NCBI RefSeq assembly: GCF_009914755.1
Contig: NC_060942.1
DNA: 64,000 nt
DNA from: the human T2T-CHM13v2.0 reference genome, Homo sapiens
Reading direction: 5' to 3' (one strand)
Shown: in pieces, positions 30,461-46,224 of the stretch
Numbering within the stretch: position 1 is the first letter of the stretch
Layout: each line of letters begins with the position of its first letter
Translations under genes and position numbers: made by a program
Notes under the pieces: model-generated
Databases searched by the model: none
What the model saw: only the letters and a program-made list of their open reading frames with translations
Told to the model about the DNA's origin: nothing

Positions 30461-31402
30461 CTGACAAAATAGGGAAGACATCTTAGAGAATTTGGGAAAG
30501 AGAAGAAGAAAAGGACAAAGGAGGGTTTTCTGATTTCTGTACTCGGGAAGAGTGAATTGATAAGGCCCCTAGGGCTCAAAAGGAGGTCAATGTCTGTTGA
30601 ATACAAGTGTAAAGAATCAAACAAGTAAACCTTGAAAAGGTTCCCGTGTCATTTCCCTCAGAGAAGCTTGCAGGTGAGGCAGCAGGCAATATTCCACCCT
30701 AGGGCTGCGTGTTAGCCATTTTACCTTACAGTGTTTTCACCTTATAATTTAAGAAAGGACAATGCAGATAGAAGAATCTATGTATCTTCCTTCTAAGGTA
30801 ATATGTGTGTGGATAATACTGTGTTCTGGAATAGTAGGTTTTCAGCTTTTTTGCTTTTTCTTTACATGGCCACAGAGTTGCATTCTAATGTTGTAGCACT
30901 GTGCCCTCTAGAGAAGCAAACAAGAAAAAAAAAATCAAAACACTCTTCACTCTATCCGTTGTTACCCAGTCTCCAGAAGCCCTCTTATCCATGCAGGCTG
31001 ATTCTGTTAGGCCTGCAAGAAAACTCAGCTCTTTGCCAATTTCCACAAAATACCCAATTACATCAAGCATTTTGTAACATTTTAAAAATCATTATTAAAG
31101 ATAAGGGAGGCAGCGGGCAGTGCAGTACAGCATCCCTCTTAACAAATCCTCATCTGGTATTCTGCCCTTGGCTGTCCCACCTCTGAGACCCTGCCTTGGA
31201 GGGTTTAATGTATTTTCCTTGATGCTGTACTCCGTGGAGCATCAGCTACTGGTTTATCTCACTCTTCTTTAGTTGTACTGGGAGATTTAGTAATTATCTC
31301 TTACAACTTGAGCATTTGTGTGCAGTGGGTGAGTTTCTCACTCTCCACCCCATGAAGTTTATGAAACATTTTTTTTCTAAATAAATCTAAAAAACATTCT
31401 GA

Positions 31403-31680
31403 GGCCAGGCGCAGAGGCTCACACCTGTAATCTCAGCACTTTGGGAGGCTGAGGTGGCCAGACCACTTGAGCTCAAACGTTTGAGACCAGCCTGGGGCGA
31501 AACCCTGTCTCTACAAAAAATATAAAAATTGGCTGGTTGCGGTGTCACGTGTGTGTCATTTCAGCTTCTCCACAGGCTGTGGTGGGAGGATTGCTTGAGT
31601 CTGAGAGGTGGAGTCTTGTAGTGCCACTGTACTCCAGCCAGGGTAACAGCGACACCCAGTCTCAAAAAAAAAAAAAAAGA
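31403..31680 (+). mobile_element. AluJ SINE with internal deletions
   Basis: ggccaggcgcagaggctcacacctgtaat...ggtgggaggattgcttgag...poly-A. Confidence 0.88.
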
Positions 31681-32315
31681 GAGGGAGAGAGAGAAAGTCC
31701 AGCAAATTCCAGCAAATACATTTATTTCTATTTTATTACAAAACAGAAATATTTCTCTCTGCATTAAAAGCCTGTAAAACAATATTATCACAGCTAAGTC
31801 TGTAGATCGGATCTCAAAAATTAGGTAAAGATTTATTGTTAATGGTGGTGATTATAAGTTGCCTAGAACATCTCATCACACTGTACTAATCACCAAAGTA
31901 TCCTATCATTCAGTGTGATTGCAAAGGAGACTTGATTTTGTAAAGAAAATAAGAGTAAGATAATCTTAGAAGCTGTGAAGAAAACACATGCAGTAGCAGT
32001 AATAAACAAAATGCTGGCATTGACTGAAGCTGTTGTCATCATGTTTCTTTGAACAACACATAATATTCATGACTTCATGTGCTCGTAAGGAGCACATGAA
32101 AAGTGTAAGACTTTGATTTGGCTTTTCTTGATTTTTATTTTAGATGAGTGCAGAATATGAATAATTTTGCTATAGAATTTGATGCATTTGATTGTAGGAA
32201 AGCTGTGGGTGTTATATTGTTGCTTTGCAAAGCCTGGTGCATTCCCAGGGCAGAAGGGGGAATATAGAAGAATAGAGAATTAGAAGTAGGAAGTAGGAGA
32301 CAAGAATCAGAAATA

Positions 32316-32498
32316 GCACATACTATCAATTATAAGATGCATCTTTTTCCACATTTTACCTTGCAAAATCAGGATACTTGTTATGATAAATAACATGTTA
32401 AAGTGATAATACACAGTTTTTTTTTCTTTTGTGGTAGTATATAAGATTATGGTGTACATTACAGTCAATGAGACCATACCATTGAACATATTGAATAC
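32316..32498. mobile_element. MER104-like TcMar-Tc2 DNA transposon relic
   Basis: atcaattataagatgcatctttttccacatttta...aaatcaggata...gtggtagtatataagattatggtg resembles remembered MER104. Confidence 0.6.
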
Positions 32499-33024
32499 TA
32501 AACTGATCTTTAATGTGGAAAGTTGTAGGGAACTATCGATGATTTTGTTCCAGAGAAGAATAGCGATGTGTTTTAATAAGATTCACATGACAATGATGTA
32601 ATACTATGGATTAGAGATGTTGAGTAGGTGACCTTTTAAACATCTATAAGTCTTTTCTACTATACAAAGTATAAATTGCTGTGCTGTTAATCTATGTGAG
32701 AAATAAAACCATCCTTATTCAGAGCAGTAATGGGTGGAGTGGAGACAAAGAGAAAGGAGGTCATTGAGCTGTGGAGATGGAACATTGTGAATTGACAACC
32801 AGTTGGGGGTCGGGAGCAAGGGACAAGGAGGGGTTAGAAAAAAAAAAAAACCTGAAAATTTAGTTGTTTTAAGTTCACGTTTTTGCCTTAATAATGGTTG
32901 GATTTTTCGTGTGGGGAAATGAAAGAATCCAAGCTCTTCTAAGTCATCTCTTCCGAGAGGAGATGGGTGGGAGTGGAAATGGGCACACTCAGGGCGGTGT
33001 GGGGGGTGAGAATACAGGCTTCGT

Positions 33025-33222
33025 TGTTGGGGAGACCTGCAGTCAAGTCTGTGAAATTATTGTGTAAACTTGGGCAAAAGCCTGAATCCTCTTAATCATA
33101 GTTTTCTCATGTATAAAATTAGGACGGTAATGCCTACCACAAAACTTTGTCAGAAGAATTAAAGGTCCCTTTACCACAGTGTCTGACACGTAATTATGCT
33201 CAATAAATATTAGCTGTTAATT
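33025..33222 (+). mobile_element. MIR SINE
   Basis: tgtgtaaacttgggcaaa...agttttctcatgtataaaattaggacggtaatgcctacc...ctcaataaatattagctgtta. Confidence 0.75.
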
Positions 33223-33985
33223 ATTTGAATAAAAGAGCTATACAACAATTTGTGAAGTGGAGTGAATAAAATTCAGGGTTGCAAATATGAAGTAAAGTAG
33301 TATAAGGAACAGAGAAATAGTAGTGATGGGATTTTGAATTAGAATGGATCGAGTGTGCCAGGAAATTTTCCATCATGATTTCATCATTGCTAAAATGTTC
33401 CCATTTCACATAGTACTGAAGTTCAGAGTCAGCTCATAACAATGATTACTAATTTTTTTTATATTTGACACATGTCCATTCCGTTGTAGGATATGTTTTT
33501 AAAATTATAAGCAATGTAAAAGAAAGATGATTCAGTTGGCACTTTTTTTCCCCAACAGCAAAGGATGTTTTAGTTAATGGAAGCAACATTGATAATAGGG
33601 GAGGAAACACCCATCCAAAATTATGCCCTCTAGGAATGTTTCTCTATAATAATATCCCTCAGAAGCAGGTTTCTACCAGGAAATCATTATCATCCCAGTA
33701 CTGCTGCAAGGAGTTTTGGGTAGTTCAAATTGAAATAGAATAATACATCTAAACTATGTATCTATAATGTGACAGGATGAAGTACAGAGAAAATGTATAA
33801 CGTTGTAAATCTCAGAGAAATGAAGAGCAAATGAACACTCTTAGTGTGTATATTTGTGATACTAATTGGATTTGTGCATGATATTAGATAAATTATAATT
33901 AAGTACCATTCATAATATGTCCTTTCAAATAAATGCACTTGTCCTGAAGATTGCATGTTCAGGTAACATATTATATTGACACACT

Positions 33986-34352
33986 TGAAATGGTTTGGCT
34001 TTGTGTCCTCACCCAGATCTCATCTTGAATTGTAATCTCATGATCTCCTCATATCGTGGGAGGGATCCAGTGGGAGGTAATTGAATCATGGAGGCAGTTC
34101 CCCCATGCTGTTCTCATGATAGTGAGTTCTCACAAGATCTGAGTTTTATAAGGGACACTCCCTTTTGCTTAGCCCTCATTCTCTCTCCTGCCCCCCTGTG
34201 AAGAGGTACCTTCCACCATGATCGTAAGTTCCCTGAAGCCTACCCAGCCATGCAGAACTGTGAGTCAATTAAACCTTTTTTAAAATAAATAAATAAATAA
34301 ATTACCCAGTCTCGGGTATTTCTTCATGGCAGTGTGAGAATGGACTAATATA
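33986..34352 (+). mobile_element. THE1 (C/D-like) solo LTR (ERVL-MaLR)
   Basis: tgaaatggtttggct...tctcatcttgaattgtaat...gggaggtaattgaatcatgg...gaactgtgagtcaattaaacc...gaatggactaata. Confidence 0.88.
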
Positions 34353-36734
34353 ATATCCTTTAAAGATATTTTGTGTATGTTATTGACATAGATTTTTAAA
34401 TCAAAATTTAGTTTCTTCTGTTGAATTATCTTAATCAAATTGCAAGCTAGTATACACAAGAAAACACAGATCGTCACTCCCAAGCATCTGGAAATAAATA
34501 ACCCAATGTCCTTTTTTCCACAAGCCATTACTAAATAGACATTTTGAAATTATAGAATAAATTTTTTTTGGATACAATAGTCTGAAAATGTTCTAAAAAC
34601 ACTCCTGACTTTCCCAAGGTGGCATAAGTACAAAATTCCTATGTGTCAAGTTATAAATTATTTTAAAATAAGGCAACATTACACACCCAGAACTCAGTCT
34701 CCCATGCCTTGTGCAGTTCCTGGGATGTACAATATACATTAGGTAGCTACTACATATTTATTGACTGTGTTAATTATTGTAGTTTACCCACATTTATTTA
34801 GACGAGATGTACAGAGTTTCGGGAATAGAAGAGATCTTTAAGACCCCTTGGTTCAACCTGTTTTGTAGATGAACAAAGTAAAGATCAGACAAAGTACCGA
34901 TGGCCCCAGGTTGTCCAACATCAGAGCGACACAAGGGCACGAGACCCCGAATCCCATGGCTGTCATGCATGTTGGATAACACAGGCTTGAAGCAGTTTTA
35001 ATATCATGCTGACTCGCTTGAGCAATTCTAATTATGTTGCTGAAGAGGTTGTTTGATTCATCTTGAATCCCAGTTCTATGGACTAATAAATAATCGAATA
35101 TACTTCTATATTTGATACTCATTTGGGCAGAAGGAGTGAAGAGTCAAACTGTGAAATAAATGTAGCCGTTAAGAAAATAGGAAACCTATTACAGTTTAAA
35201 AATCTAAACAGAAATTAAACAGCTGAAAAGCTAAACAGAATTTTGCAGAAAGTAGTCTTCCTCAAGCAGTGGTGTTACTGATTCTTCCTTGCCTGTTCCT
35301 CAGTTCCGTGATGTGGTCCACTCTCTCCAGGTGGTGTTAGTGGTGGCCTCCTGTTAACACCAGAGCAACCAATATGCAAAAACAAAAACAACAACAGCAA
35401 CAACAACAAAATCATGGCCAGTCTCTCCTAGGAAAACCAATATGCCTTTCCAGAGTCCATGGGATAATGTTAATGGCTATTTGAGAATGTCGTATTCTCC
35501 CATCAGCCTAATTATTGACTTTATTGTGGTCTTTGCCTGTTTCTTCCACCTCACTCTCTTTTTTCCCTTTTTCTTCCTATTGATTTCTGCCAATTTTATT
35601 ACATTTCTTTATGAAAATGTTTATCCTTAGGGATTTAACAACTGCAGTCAAGATGGTTGGTGTGCAGGAAAGCAGGGGATGGAAGTTTCTCTGGTTGCAG
35701 AGATGAGTCCCCAAGAGGGCTTAGAAGAGACTTTGTTTTCCTCATCTATTTCTAAATAATATTTTGCTTAGAGAAGAAAACCTCTCTTAGGCGTCCTTAG
35801 GTCACCTGGGGCAGAGTATAGTCTTATTATTCTTTATATCTGCTCTATTTTAGAAGAGACAATTACATATCCCATGGAGGGTCTTGTTATGTGAACCAGG
35901 TTTGTTTTTCATTTAGAAGCATTAGTGTTCTGAAATTGAAATTATGCCAGAGACTTTTTGAGGTAAGCTTTTAAAAATTTGTAACTTCTCAGCAAATTAT
36001 TTCAAACGTTCTGCAGACATGCTTATTTTCCCTCTTTTATAGCTAGTTAATAAACCTATTTCTCCTCTGTCTTTCAAAATGATAGTACAATGGAAGAACA
36101 TTTACCTCAAACTTCCTCTGTATTTCTCTCTTCTTTTTAGGCCAGTGGCTCTTACCTTGGGTATGTAGTAGTTTGACCCAGGAAGATTTTACAAATAAAA
36201 TAGCCTGGGAGTATGGATGGATATTCTGACTGAATTATTCAGTAGTGTAGTCTGAACATCACAGCACTTGAGCGAACATAAGATACTCAACCCTTGGCAT
36301 AGAGAACTAAGGAGGAGGGCATGCAAACTGGGTCGCTGGCTTCCCTGAGCTAAGGCAATTTTGCTTCTTTCTCTTCTCAAATAAAGAACACCAGAATGAA
36401 TTCTTCATGCTCTTGGGATTGGTCCATTCACAGTGTGAAGTTTCCATAAATCAAAGCATTTGAGAGCATGGAAAAATAAGAGTATGTCAGATATCTACTG
36501 AAAGAAACGAGTGACACACTGCCTGGGGCTACAACTTTTATGAATTTTGCCATTTGACAGCCTTTGCTTCAGTGGCTTCTTCTTCTGATCAGCAAGTACA
36601 CATCTCTCAACAAATGACATAAATGTTCCCCTCTGTCACCTGTGCCTCTGAAGGAGAGAGCATGGTATGCATGAGTACCAAGGAGCCAAGCTCTGTGATT
36701 CATTAGTTACTGAGTTGGAAATGTGTGTGCATGC

Positions 36735-38050
<1,316 letters not shown>

Positions 38051-38320
38051 TCCCTGAAACATGAACTATGGCAAAAAGGAAATTGTTTGCCCTCTCTCTC
38101 TCATGAATGATTGAAATAGTTTTCGTGTGATTTAGAATTTAAGTATAGCCACTATAAAAAATATATCAACACATGCTATTTTATGGGTACATAAATATAC
38201 ACTGCATACTTCTTCTTCTGTACTATTTTTAGTTACAGAAAGGACAGTTCCCTTTTGAGTAAAATATATAAAACAAATCAAAACAGATTAAATTTTATGT
38301 AACAACTCTAGAAGACATTT

Positions 38321-38623
<303 letters not shown>

Positions 38624-38714
38624 AACTCTAGAAGGCATTTTAAATTCAATATACTTAAAAGTAATTAACTATTTCCAGCACCAATATTATTGATAAAAAC
38701 CGGTTTGTGTGCTG

Positions 38715-38840
38715 GTGGTGTTTCTGACCTGGAGTGCTGGTTGAAAATAGATTTCTGGTCCCAAATCAAAGATTCTAGTTCTGTAGACCTCAGGCAGAGC
38801 TCAAAAATTTGCATTTTAACCAACATCCCACTTGATGTTA
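38715..38840. mobile_element. MER5-like hAT-Charlie fragment
   Basis: tgtttctgacctgg...agattctagttctgtag...aatttgcattttaaccaacatccca. Confidence 0.5.
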
Positions 38841-41800
38841 GAAACTAGAAACCTACATACTAAATTTCACAAAATAATAAAGTGATTAGCAAAATAGTAG
38901 GAGAAGATGAATAAACTATTCTATACTCTTTAAAATTTTTTAAATTATTTAAATAGATGTTTATAGAATATAGGTTATAATATATTTATGTGATAAGACC
39001 TCTTTTTATAGATCTCATGCCAAAATTAATTATTCTGTATTATACCTTGGTGGATTCTGTGTGTTACTCAGTCAGAGTATCCCTAGAAAGGAATTGATTT
39101 CATCTTTTAGTCAAGTCTATTCCTGGAAATCAAGTTCCTCCCCTTCATTGTGAAACTAACTCTTAGGAGCATCCTTTTTGTCCCAACTTAAATATCATTT
39201 CTTTAAAAAGCACTTCCCTGAACCCCGGGCTCAGCTTGGTTTTCCTGCCATATGATTTCTTGGTGTTCTTGCTTTTGTGTGGTCACCAAAATTACAATTA
39301 TTTGTTCAACTTTCTACACTGATAGCATACCCCACTGTAAGCTCATGAAGGCGGGGGTTACTTGATTCAAGACTTTAGGCTCCCTCTTGTTACCCCTTCT
39401 GGTTTTCATCCACAAGTCCCAATAAGCCAGACATATAGTAGATAGTCCATAGTTATTTTTAATAGGTGATTAGTATATGTTGAGTGTTTAGATGAAGAAA
39501 CAAACAGGCTAGATTCAATTTATCAGGACAATCTAGTTTAGGCATCGGGATATGCAAATTGTATCCATCTAGTCCACATAATAGCTACTGTGCACTAGAT
39601 GATACTAGTTTTAACGTGGTACTTCAAATAACAGCTAAAGGGACACTTTTAATCTGTAATTTTTACAAAGATGCTAGAAAGGATGAACTAGACAAATACT
39701 AAACACCCAAGAGAGAATCATTGAGACCAACTTTTCTAAATAAATATTACCGAATAGCAATGTATATGCACACTTTTGATGGATTTAGAGTTAACAGTCA
39801 GAGCCTCCTTACCAAGATCTAGTTAGTAAGTTTAAGAGTTGAATGGCTAAGTCACCATCTGTCCTCTTCTTGGCTAGCTCCTTTTCAGTTTGCCCTCCTT
39901 GTTCTGTGTTATCGCTGACGTTCTGTGTTTGTCCATATCTTTGTCTAGGCATTGGCTTCCATTAGGCCACATTGAACAAATATTATTCTTATATCAGAAT
40001 TGAAAAGATACTTTAGAAAATTCTCTCTTTAGATGATACAAGTGTTGACATTTTCTCCCCTCAACCAAATGCAGACTCTAAAATTTTATTTCCATTGCTT
40101 TAGCTGTTATTGTTGGTATTTTCTAATGGACAAAGCAGTGTAGTGCAGACAACTCCAAGAAATAGTTTGCAAACACCTTATGCTATTGGTGTCTGCGACA
40201 CGTACATGCATACCTTCTCCAAAATGCCAGGTACAAAACATTTGTGCAAGTCTTAAGGATGAGCTCTCAGATTGCTCTCTGCCTTCATTGTGGTGAGTTT
40301 CTTCCAGTCATCTCTAATGTTATGACAGGGAAGAAGTGTTAGATGGACTTTTGCCTAGAAGCATTCAAAAGAGTTTTCATGTAGGGTTTTTATTCATGGG
40401 CCCAGTGCTTCTCAATGGACCTGTGATGAAAGGCTAAGGGGTTTTTTGTTGTTGGTTGTGTTTTTGTGCACACATTTGTTTTTTAAGAACACACTATACT
40501 ATTGTCACTGGATGCTAGTTTTGTAAAATGCAATAAAAATAAATTTCTTAGATGAAAAAATCAGTTCCCATTATTTTCATTATTGTATTTGGGTTCAACA
40601 GACATGAAATTATTTGGTGAGCTGACTGTAACAGTTTCTAAGCCATTCCTCTCAAATTCTGTTTTTATCTTAATTCAGAAAAACCGATACCTCACTTTGA
40701 GTGGTGATACTTTTGCCTTGGTTATAGACGTTTTCTGCTCAACCAGCCCCATTTTAAAAAGTAAAATTAAAAGTTCTTCTTTTGATAAAGAGCTTAGCCT
40801 CTCCAGGGGTTGCTTTTAAGTGCTTCTAGCCTATTTCATGGAGTTTACAACTAAGAGAGCAAGGTACTCTCCTATCCGGCGAGCCCTCAAGTAGAGAACA
40901 TGAAGCATTCACAATTACACTAAGCGAGGATGAAGCCTCAGCTTCAATTTTGATCATTAAGAATTCGACTGTAGGCAGATTTCTTAAGTTGTGTGAGAGT
41001 TGTGGATCTGGCCTGGAGACAGCAATCAGAGATAGGATGAGTGGGGTTTTCTTTAGGGAAGTGAATGTAGCTGTGTGGAATAAAGAATGCTTCTTTGAGT
41101 TGCTGTCTTTTGGTCCCTGATGAAAAATCTGTGTCGGTGAACACGAAGCTCTAAGTAACCATGTCGTAGGTACAGATCCTTGGAACCTTTTGGTTCCAAG
41201 GCAGGACTGTTTTCCCTAAGGAATGCAGATAATTATATTACACCACTATATGGAAATGTATTAATATGGATGGAAATTTTGATTTTACAAAATTACTTCC
41301 AAATGCATCTTTTTATTTTATCCTCACGTCAACATTCAAAGCCAATTGTACATTTACAGATATGGATCTATAACAGATGAATAAACTGGGACCCAAGCAC
41401 CATCAAGACAGCACAACATGGAGCAGAATGGAGATTCAGTAGCCATACCTGGGGCTTCTTTGCATTGACCTTCCAATTGGGCCACTCTGCCTCTAAGAAA
41501 ATGGACCGTGACCCCCTAGAATGGCTGTTTCTCACAAGTGAATTACTGTGAACTTTTTCTGAGAATAAAAACAATATGAGTAGTATTTTTTCTTTTCATT
41601 TGTTACTTAATAAAAGAAATGATATTTAGGGCAATATTACCATTACCTATGCACTTCCTGAATTATGTCTCTTTCCTTTATTCTTGTTTGTAAAACAATT
41701 AATATCTTCTTAAACCACACGTCTTCATTAGAGATGCTTTATAAGTGAATTGTGTTCCATTACCTTGAACCACAGTAATAATTATAAATTAGGAATACTT

Positions 41801-42941
41801 CAACCAGAAAGAAATGACTCATACATTTGTTTTCATCTGTAACATTTATTCAACAGCTTGATAATTGCAATATATACAGTGGTATGTGGAAAATATTTAT
41901 TAAAAGACATAATAGAAAACTTGTTTATAATATGTATATTCAGGCATTTTTACTTCTGCCAATCATTGTTTAAATCTACCTTCTATACTTAAAATTTTAA
42001 CCTTGTAAAATTTTAATAAAATTACCCTGTATGGGTTCTAATAATCTGGAATACACTTTTATTCTTTAAAAGTGAGGAATCTAGAATAAGTAAATCAGTG
42101 GTTAAAAAAAAAAAAAAAACACACACACTTTTTACTTTGCCATCATTACTTCATTTGTTGACACAAATGCAATAGCAGTATAAGTTTTATTTATATTACA
42201 GTGTATTTTTTCTTATTCCAACGTTCATTATAAGGAAAACTTTAATACAAAGCTGCAATTATTGTCATCCTTATTGTCAATAAGTCAGTGAGCATCACAG
42301 AGGTTTTAGTTTCTAGTTTCGTTTATTAGTGTTAAAGCTTTCACAATACATATTATCTCTTTCATAAAATTTCACCTTATGTTTATAGATGGTCTTTTTG
42401 TGGCATGAAAATTTAGTATTTTTTTCAAAGGCAAAGACATCAAAAAGTGCAACTCTAACATTATAACAATTTACCTTTATGAATCCCATTCCACTGTATC
42501 ATCTCAAGTAGTGGTCACAATTATGCAAGTTCAAGTGTGAATATATTTATCTCCATTTTACAGGGCTAAGCTTTAGGTAGTAAAGATAAGATCATCAGTA
42601 AGATCAAATAACAAGCAGAGTTTAAGAAGTACTAGAGGAAAGAAAAGTTGGTTAATATATTGAATTGATTGTTTTTACCTTTATCTCTTAAATTGAGGAT
42701 ATTTGCCATTATCAGACTTTTATTTAAGCAGATGGATTGAAAGTGGTAGACCAGGTAGTTCATATCATGCTTAGTCTGGTTATATAGATGTAAAAAGATC
42801 ACCAGAATAGCAGTGCATTGCTCTTTTAGTTTTGGGCTCTACAATCTTTAATTTAAAAATAAGGAGGGTAAAAATTTAATGAAGGTAATGGAGATTCTGG
42901 CACCCAAGGACATGCAAGCACGTTTCAACCCTCCCTTAACA

Positions 42942-42944
<3 letters not shown>

Positions 42945-42982
<38 letters not shown>
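42945..42982. repeat. (GT)n microsatellite
   Basis: About 19 GT units. Confidence 0.95.
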
Positions 42983-42984
<2 letters not shown>

Positions 42985-43499
42985 TTATGAGAGAGAGAAA
43001 AAGGGAGAGAGAACTACTGTATAAAAGCTGAGGAAACAGGAGTAAGAAAGATGCCTGTTTCTACCAGGGCTCTGTCTCCTGGGGAACATAAACATGTAAG
43101 TGTGAAAATACAAAATCACACACTAAATGTTACCATGAGCAACAAAGCAAGGCATCTGAACTCCATCTAAGTGGTTCAGAGGATTATGGAGAACAAACCA
43201 GAGATACAGGATGTTTTTTGTTTTGTTTTATTTTTTTTTCTTTAAAAAGCTATTAAAACTTAAATGGACAGAAATTGAAATAAAACAAATACTGCTGTTT
43301 TTCAAAGTGGATTATAAATTTACCAAATTTAATACAACAGACTTTATTAAGAATGTAGAACATAGTGATAAAAAGAACTTAGTTCTAAAGGAGTTTATAA
43401 ATTAAAGTTGGATATAAAAATAACTAGATTTTCAATATAAAGCAGAATTAAATGAATTCTGTCATAGAAATTGAAACAAGAAACTACAGAAAATAAACA

Positions 43500-43765
43500 A
43501 GACAGTTGTAAGACTTCAGGAAAAGGGAATTTGCATCGAGCTGAATTGGATGTCTGTGAGTGGGTGTGTTGGGAAGCATGGAAATGCTTGCTATGCTCAG
43601 GCAGTGAGAACTAGTCCAGCATGCTTGGACCATAGACTACACTGTGAGATGTGGGAAAACGAGGCCTGGGAGATAGTATGGAGTCAGATTGGGACTCATG
43701 CCTAGAATTTTCGGTTAAATCCATAGACTGTGGGAAGCAATTAAATATATTTGGTGAGCATGCTG
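43500..43765 (-). mobile_element. L2 LINE fragment
   Basis: gagtcagattgg...catgcctagaatttt...ccatagactgtgggaagcaattaaa resembles antisense L2. Confidence 0.55.
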
Positions 43766-46224
43766 AAAAGGCCAAAGAAGGAGGATCAAGAGTCAGCCAA
43801 GTAAATGTTCCATTCACTTTGAAATAACTTCAAAAGAGTTGAATTCTCAGCAAAGATGTACTTTCCATAGGCTCTAAAATGAGCATGAACATAGCAATAG
43901 ATGCTTTCTGGAATAAACAGGCACAATTGGCTGGACCATCGGGAAGCTCCGGGCCATGCCCAGGGGCCGATCCATCATGAAAGTCCTTCAGGCTAACATT
44001 GTTGTGCAAATATGAGATATTATGATATCTCAGTGTTATCTTTCAGCACTTATTGATAAAGATACTCTTGTGGACAAAAACGTTTAATGAGGGGTGTGAT
44101 ATAATTTAATATATGTTTTAGAGGAAATAATTTGATTATGACAGGCTAGGCAATGTGAGTTATTAAAATTAAAAAAAAATGAGGTGTTTTGCAATAGCCC
44201 AAGTGAAAGGTTTGAAGATTCTAAACTAGGATTATGATTCAGAATGAATGAAAAAGGGCTCAGATACAATAGACTCATGGTGGAGGGTGCTCTATCAAGC
44301 AGGGCCTGATGGAACATTAATAGATTATTCAGAAATATATTTTAGGATACATGTAAAATGTGATTTGCATTCATGGTCTATGTAGTTTATGAGAGTCTGA
44401 TTGATATTTCTTACATATTAATACATGATGCTGACATAATGACACAGGATTTACATAATTGCACCTCCTCCTCAGCTTATTTTTTGCCTTATCATGAGCT
44501 AGATTCAGCTAAGGATTCTATGCCTCTCCCTTTTTGTGCTCATTTGAAAAAAAAAAAATCTTTAAATAGTTACTTCGAAGTCAAAACAAATGCTTTGAAA
44601 AGGATTTAGGAACCCAGGCAGTAAAGGTAAGTTTTGTCTGCTTATTAATAGAGATTTTTTTTTTGTTATTGTTTAGGCTAATCTCAGGTTCACATTTGCA
44701 AGGGTATCTGTGAGTACAATAGACCTAGGTGATTCCTATTCTGCCCCCAAATAGAGCACAAATACTTGTCTTTGGTTGCGTTTATTTTGTTTATGTACTT
44801 ATTTACCATTTTATAGGATCATAGTTTGTTTTTTTCTTGGTCAAAGGTTTTCACAGTAGAGAGTAACATTTTTCTGTTCAGGTTGTAATAGTTATTCTCA
44901 AAGGTGTCCATGCATGTGTGTGTGTGTGTGTGTCCGTGAGTGTGCACGTGCCTGCAGAGACACTTGTCAACTTAAGAACGTGATTTGCTATTTCTACACT
45001 TGGCAACATTTCTCTTCTTTGCTGAGCATTCTTTTTCATCAAGGAGAGAGGAGTTTTTTACTAAGAGTGTGGATTTCACTCCACCTGTTAGGATTAGTAT
45101 AATGCACAAAGTCTCACAGATTAAATGTCTGAATGCCTCAGATAATTATGTACCTGTTTTAACAATTCAAAGTTGGTCAATTTTAACCACAGATGCTTAC
45201 AGTAACTTTGCAAAGACACTGAGTTTAGACTCCAAGCAATTTTCTGCTTGTGAATTTTGGCAGTGGTTAGAAGCCTAGTGATGGTACCAGCTGGGAGAAA
45301 ATTGTCAGCGATGGGAAGAATAGTAAAGTTTAGGACTTCTGAAACAGGATGTGTGCGTGGGGGTGGGGTGGGGCACGGCTGGGGCATGGGTAGGTAATAG
45401 AAGAGAAAGAATTTGATTGTTGAATGATTGGAGAAGCAAGCAGTATGAAACTTTTAAGTTCTGATGCTGTCAGTAATGGAGAACAACTGACAACCCCGTA
45501 ATGTTTAATAAAACGCAGCATCAGAGCTCAGGTTGAAGTTCACAGTCAGGACTTACTGTGTGATTTTTCTTGAAAATAAATTTATTTTGTCTCTCATACT
45601 TGGAATACCACAGGGACATTGTAGCACCATGCCAGGAAAACAGTGATCAGTTGGTGGGAATTAGGTAAATGAATCATAAGAGCTTGTTCTGTAAATGAAA
45701 GTCGTTAATGTGATTTCAGTGTAAAAAAGCTTTGATTAAAGACATGACCCATGTATATAATTGATATTTCTTGTGGTCTTCTGGATGTTCTTCTAACATT
45801 GCACGCCACTGTCAGCAGTAACGTGTAGGTAAGTTGCTACCAGGTGCCGCCCCATAGGAGCACAGATGAGGGTGAGGGAGCATTAGGAGAGCAGCACTGA
45901 GCGTTAAGCGGCCCGGGGACTGGAAGCTTAAAAACAACTTATTTTCATCCATCATCTGCATTTGTCTTGGGAGTCAAGTCTTTTGCTATGTGCTGCTGAG
46001 TGTAGTGGAGTTTACTGTTATGTAATGGCAAGAAGGAACCCTTCTCATAAGTCATAAAATGCACACATGGAAACCACTAGAAGCACTGAGCTTCTTGAAG
46101 ATTTGGGGGGGTGATCAGGTGGGGTTGGTTGCATAGTCCCTTCTTTCCTCAAGTTCCCCTTTGCATCAGCTCTTGAAGACCCTAGCACACAGGGCAACAA
46201 TTCCTATCCTGGAGCCTGGATCTC

